IMG/VR virus record: IMGVR_UViG_3300037246_001555
Coordinates: 1 to 64,000 of that record
Source: a virus
DNA length: 64,000 nucleotides
Direction: 5' to 3' (one strand)
Every line of letters begins with the position of its first letter. The stretch's first letter is position 1. A program made the translations under genes and the position numbers. Positions 63,714 through 64,000 of this stretch are shown here, piece after piece. A model generated the notes under the pieces. It did no database searches and had not been told where the DNA came from. It saw only the letters and a list, made by a program, of their open reading frames with translations.

Positions 63714-63999
63714 TGTACCTCCAATCACCCCAAAGGATGTGAACGAGTTGACGCTTACCGTTGGGCGCGATAATGCAATGGGTGTTCATCCAGCTAGAAG
63801 CGCCGGACGTATAGTCCAATCTCAGCTCAGAGCTGGTTCCCACCCGGGTAGCTCCCTTGAAGATTTCCGGGCTGTGAAGATGGGCGGTTACAGTCTTAGC
63901 TCCAATCCTGGCGAACGCCTGTATGTTGCCTCTGGCCCCGTCTGACCCCCGATGACCGTGATAACCCAGATAGTTGTCCTTGACTATGAACGGGTAATC
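63700..63999 (-). CDS. C-terminus of T5 A1-like metallophosphoesterase/nuclease (5'-truncated; absent from ORF track)
   Basis: Open frame DYPF...YHGHRGSDGARG...TVTAHLHSP....VGTSSELRLDYTSGASSW.NTH..I.PNGKRQL. Confidence 0.65.
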   Translation of the reverse strand, partial: DYPFIVKDNYLGYHGHRGSDGARGNIQAFARIGAKTVTAHLHSPEIFKGATRVGTSSELRLDYTSGASSWMNTHCIIAPNGKRQLVHILWGDWRYNVSN

Positions 64000-64000
64000 C

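Overview
This window is a 64-kb internal segment of a large tailed dsDNA phage genome with podovirus-like virion genes, read in the standard genetic code. I found no rRNA, tRNA or CRISPR array. Layout: (1) 1-9.2 kb, a dense glycan synthesis and modification cluster (sulfotransferase-like proteins, glycosyltransferases, O-methyltransferases, NDP-sugar epimerases, deacetylase). (2) 9.2-14.7 kb, a minus-strand block with an unusually long terminase large subunit, a holin-like protein, an M15 peptidase and a tyrosine recombinase. (3) 14.9-49.6 kb, a plus-strand virion module: cadherin/CSPG-repeat adhesin, tail fibres, portal, scaffold, major capsid, an expanded set of small paralogous beta-rich proteins, adaptor, nozzle, GNAT and three ejection proteins. 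(4) 49.6-64 kb, a minus-strand block with more glycosyltransferases, peptide deformylase, a mini release factor, HNH endonucleases, ThyX, class II RNR and a T5-A1-like protein. Notable non-coding signals are eight copies of a 19-bp promoter-like motif (AAACGGYATTATTTACTAG), a 21-bp direct repeat flanking a 2-kb cassette, and a tandem hairpin with anti-Shine-Dalgarno CCUCCC loops. All product calls come from motif recognition by eye; no database searches were run.
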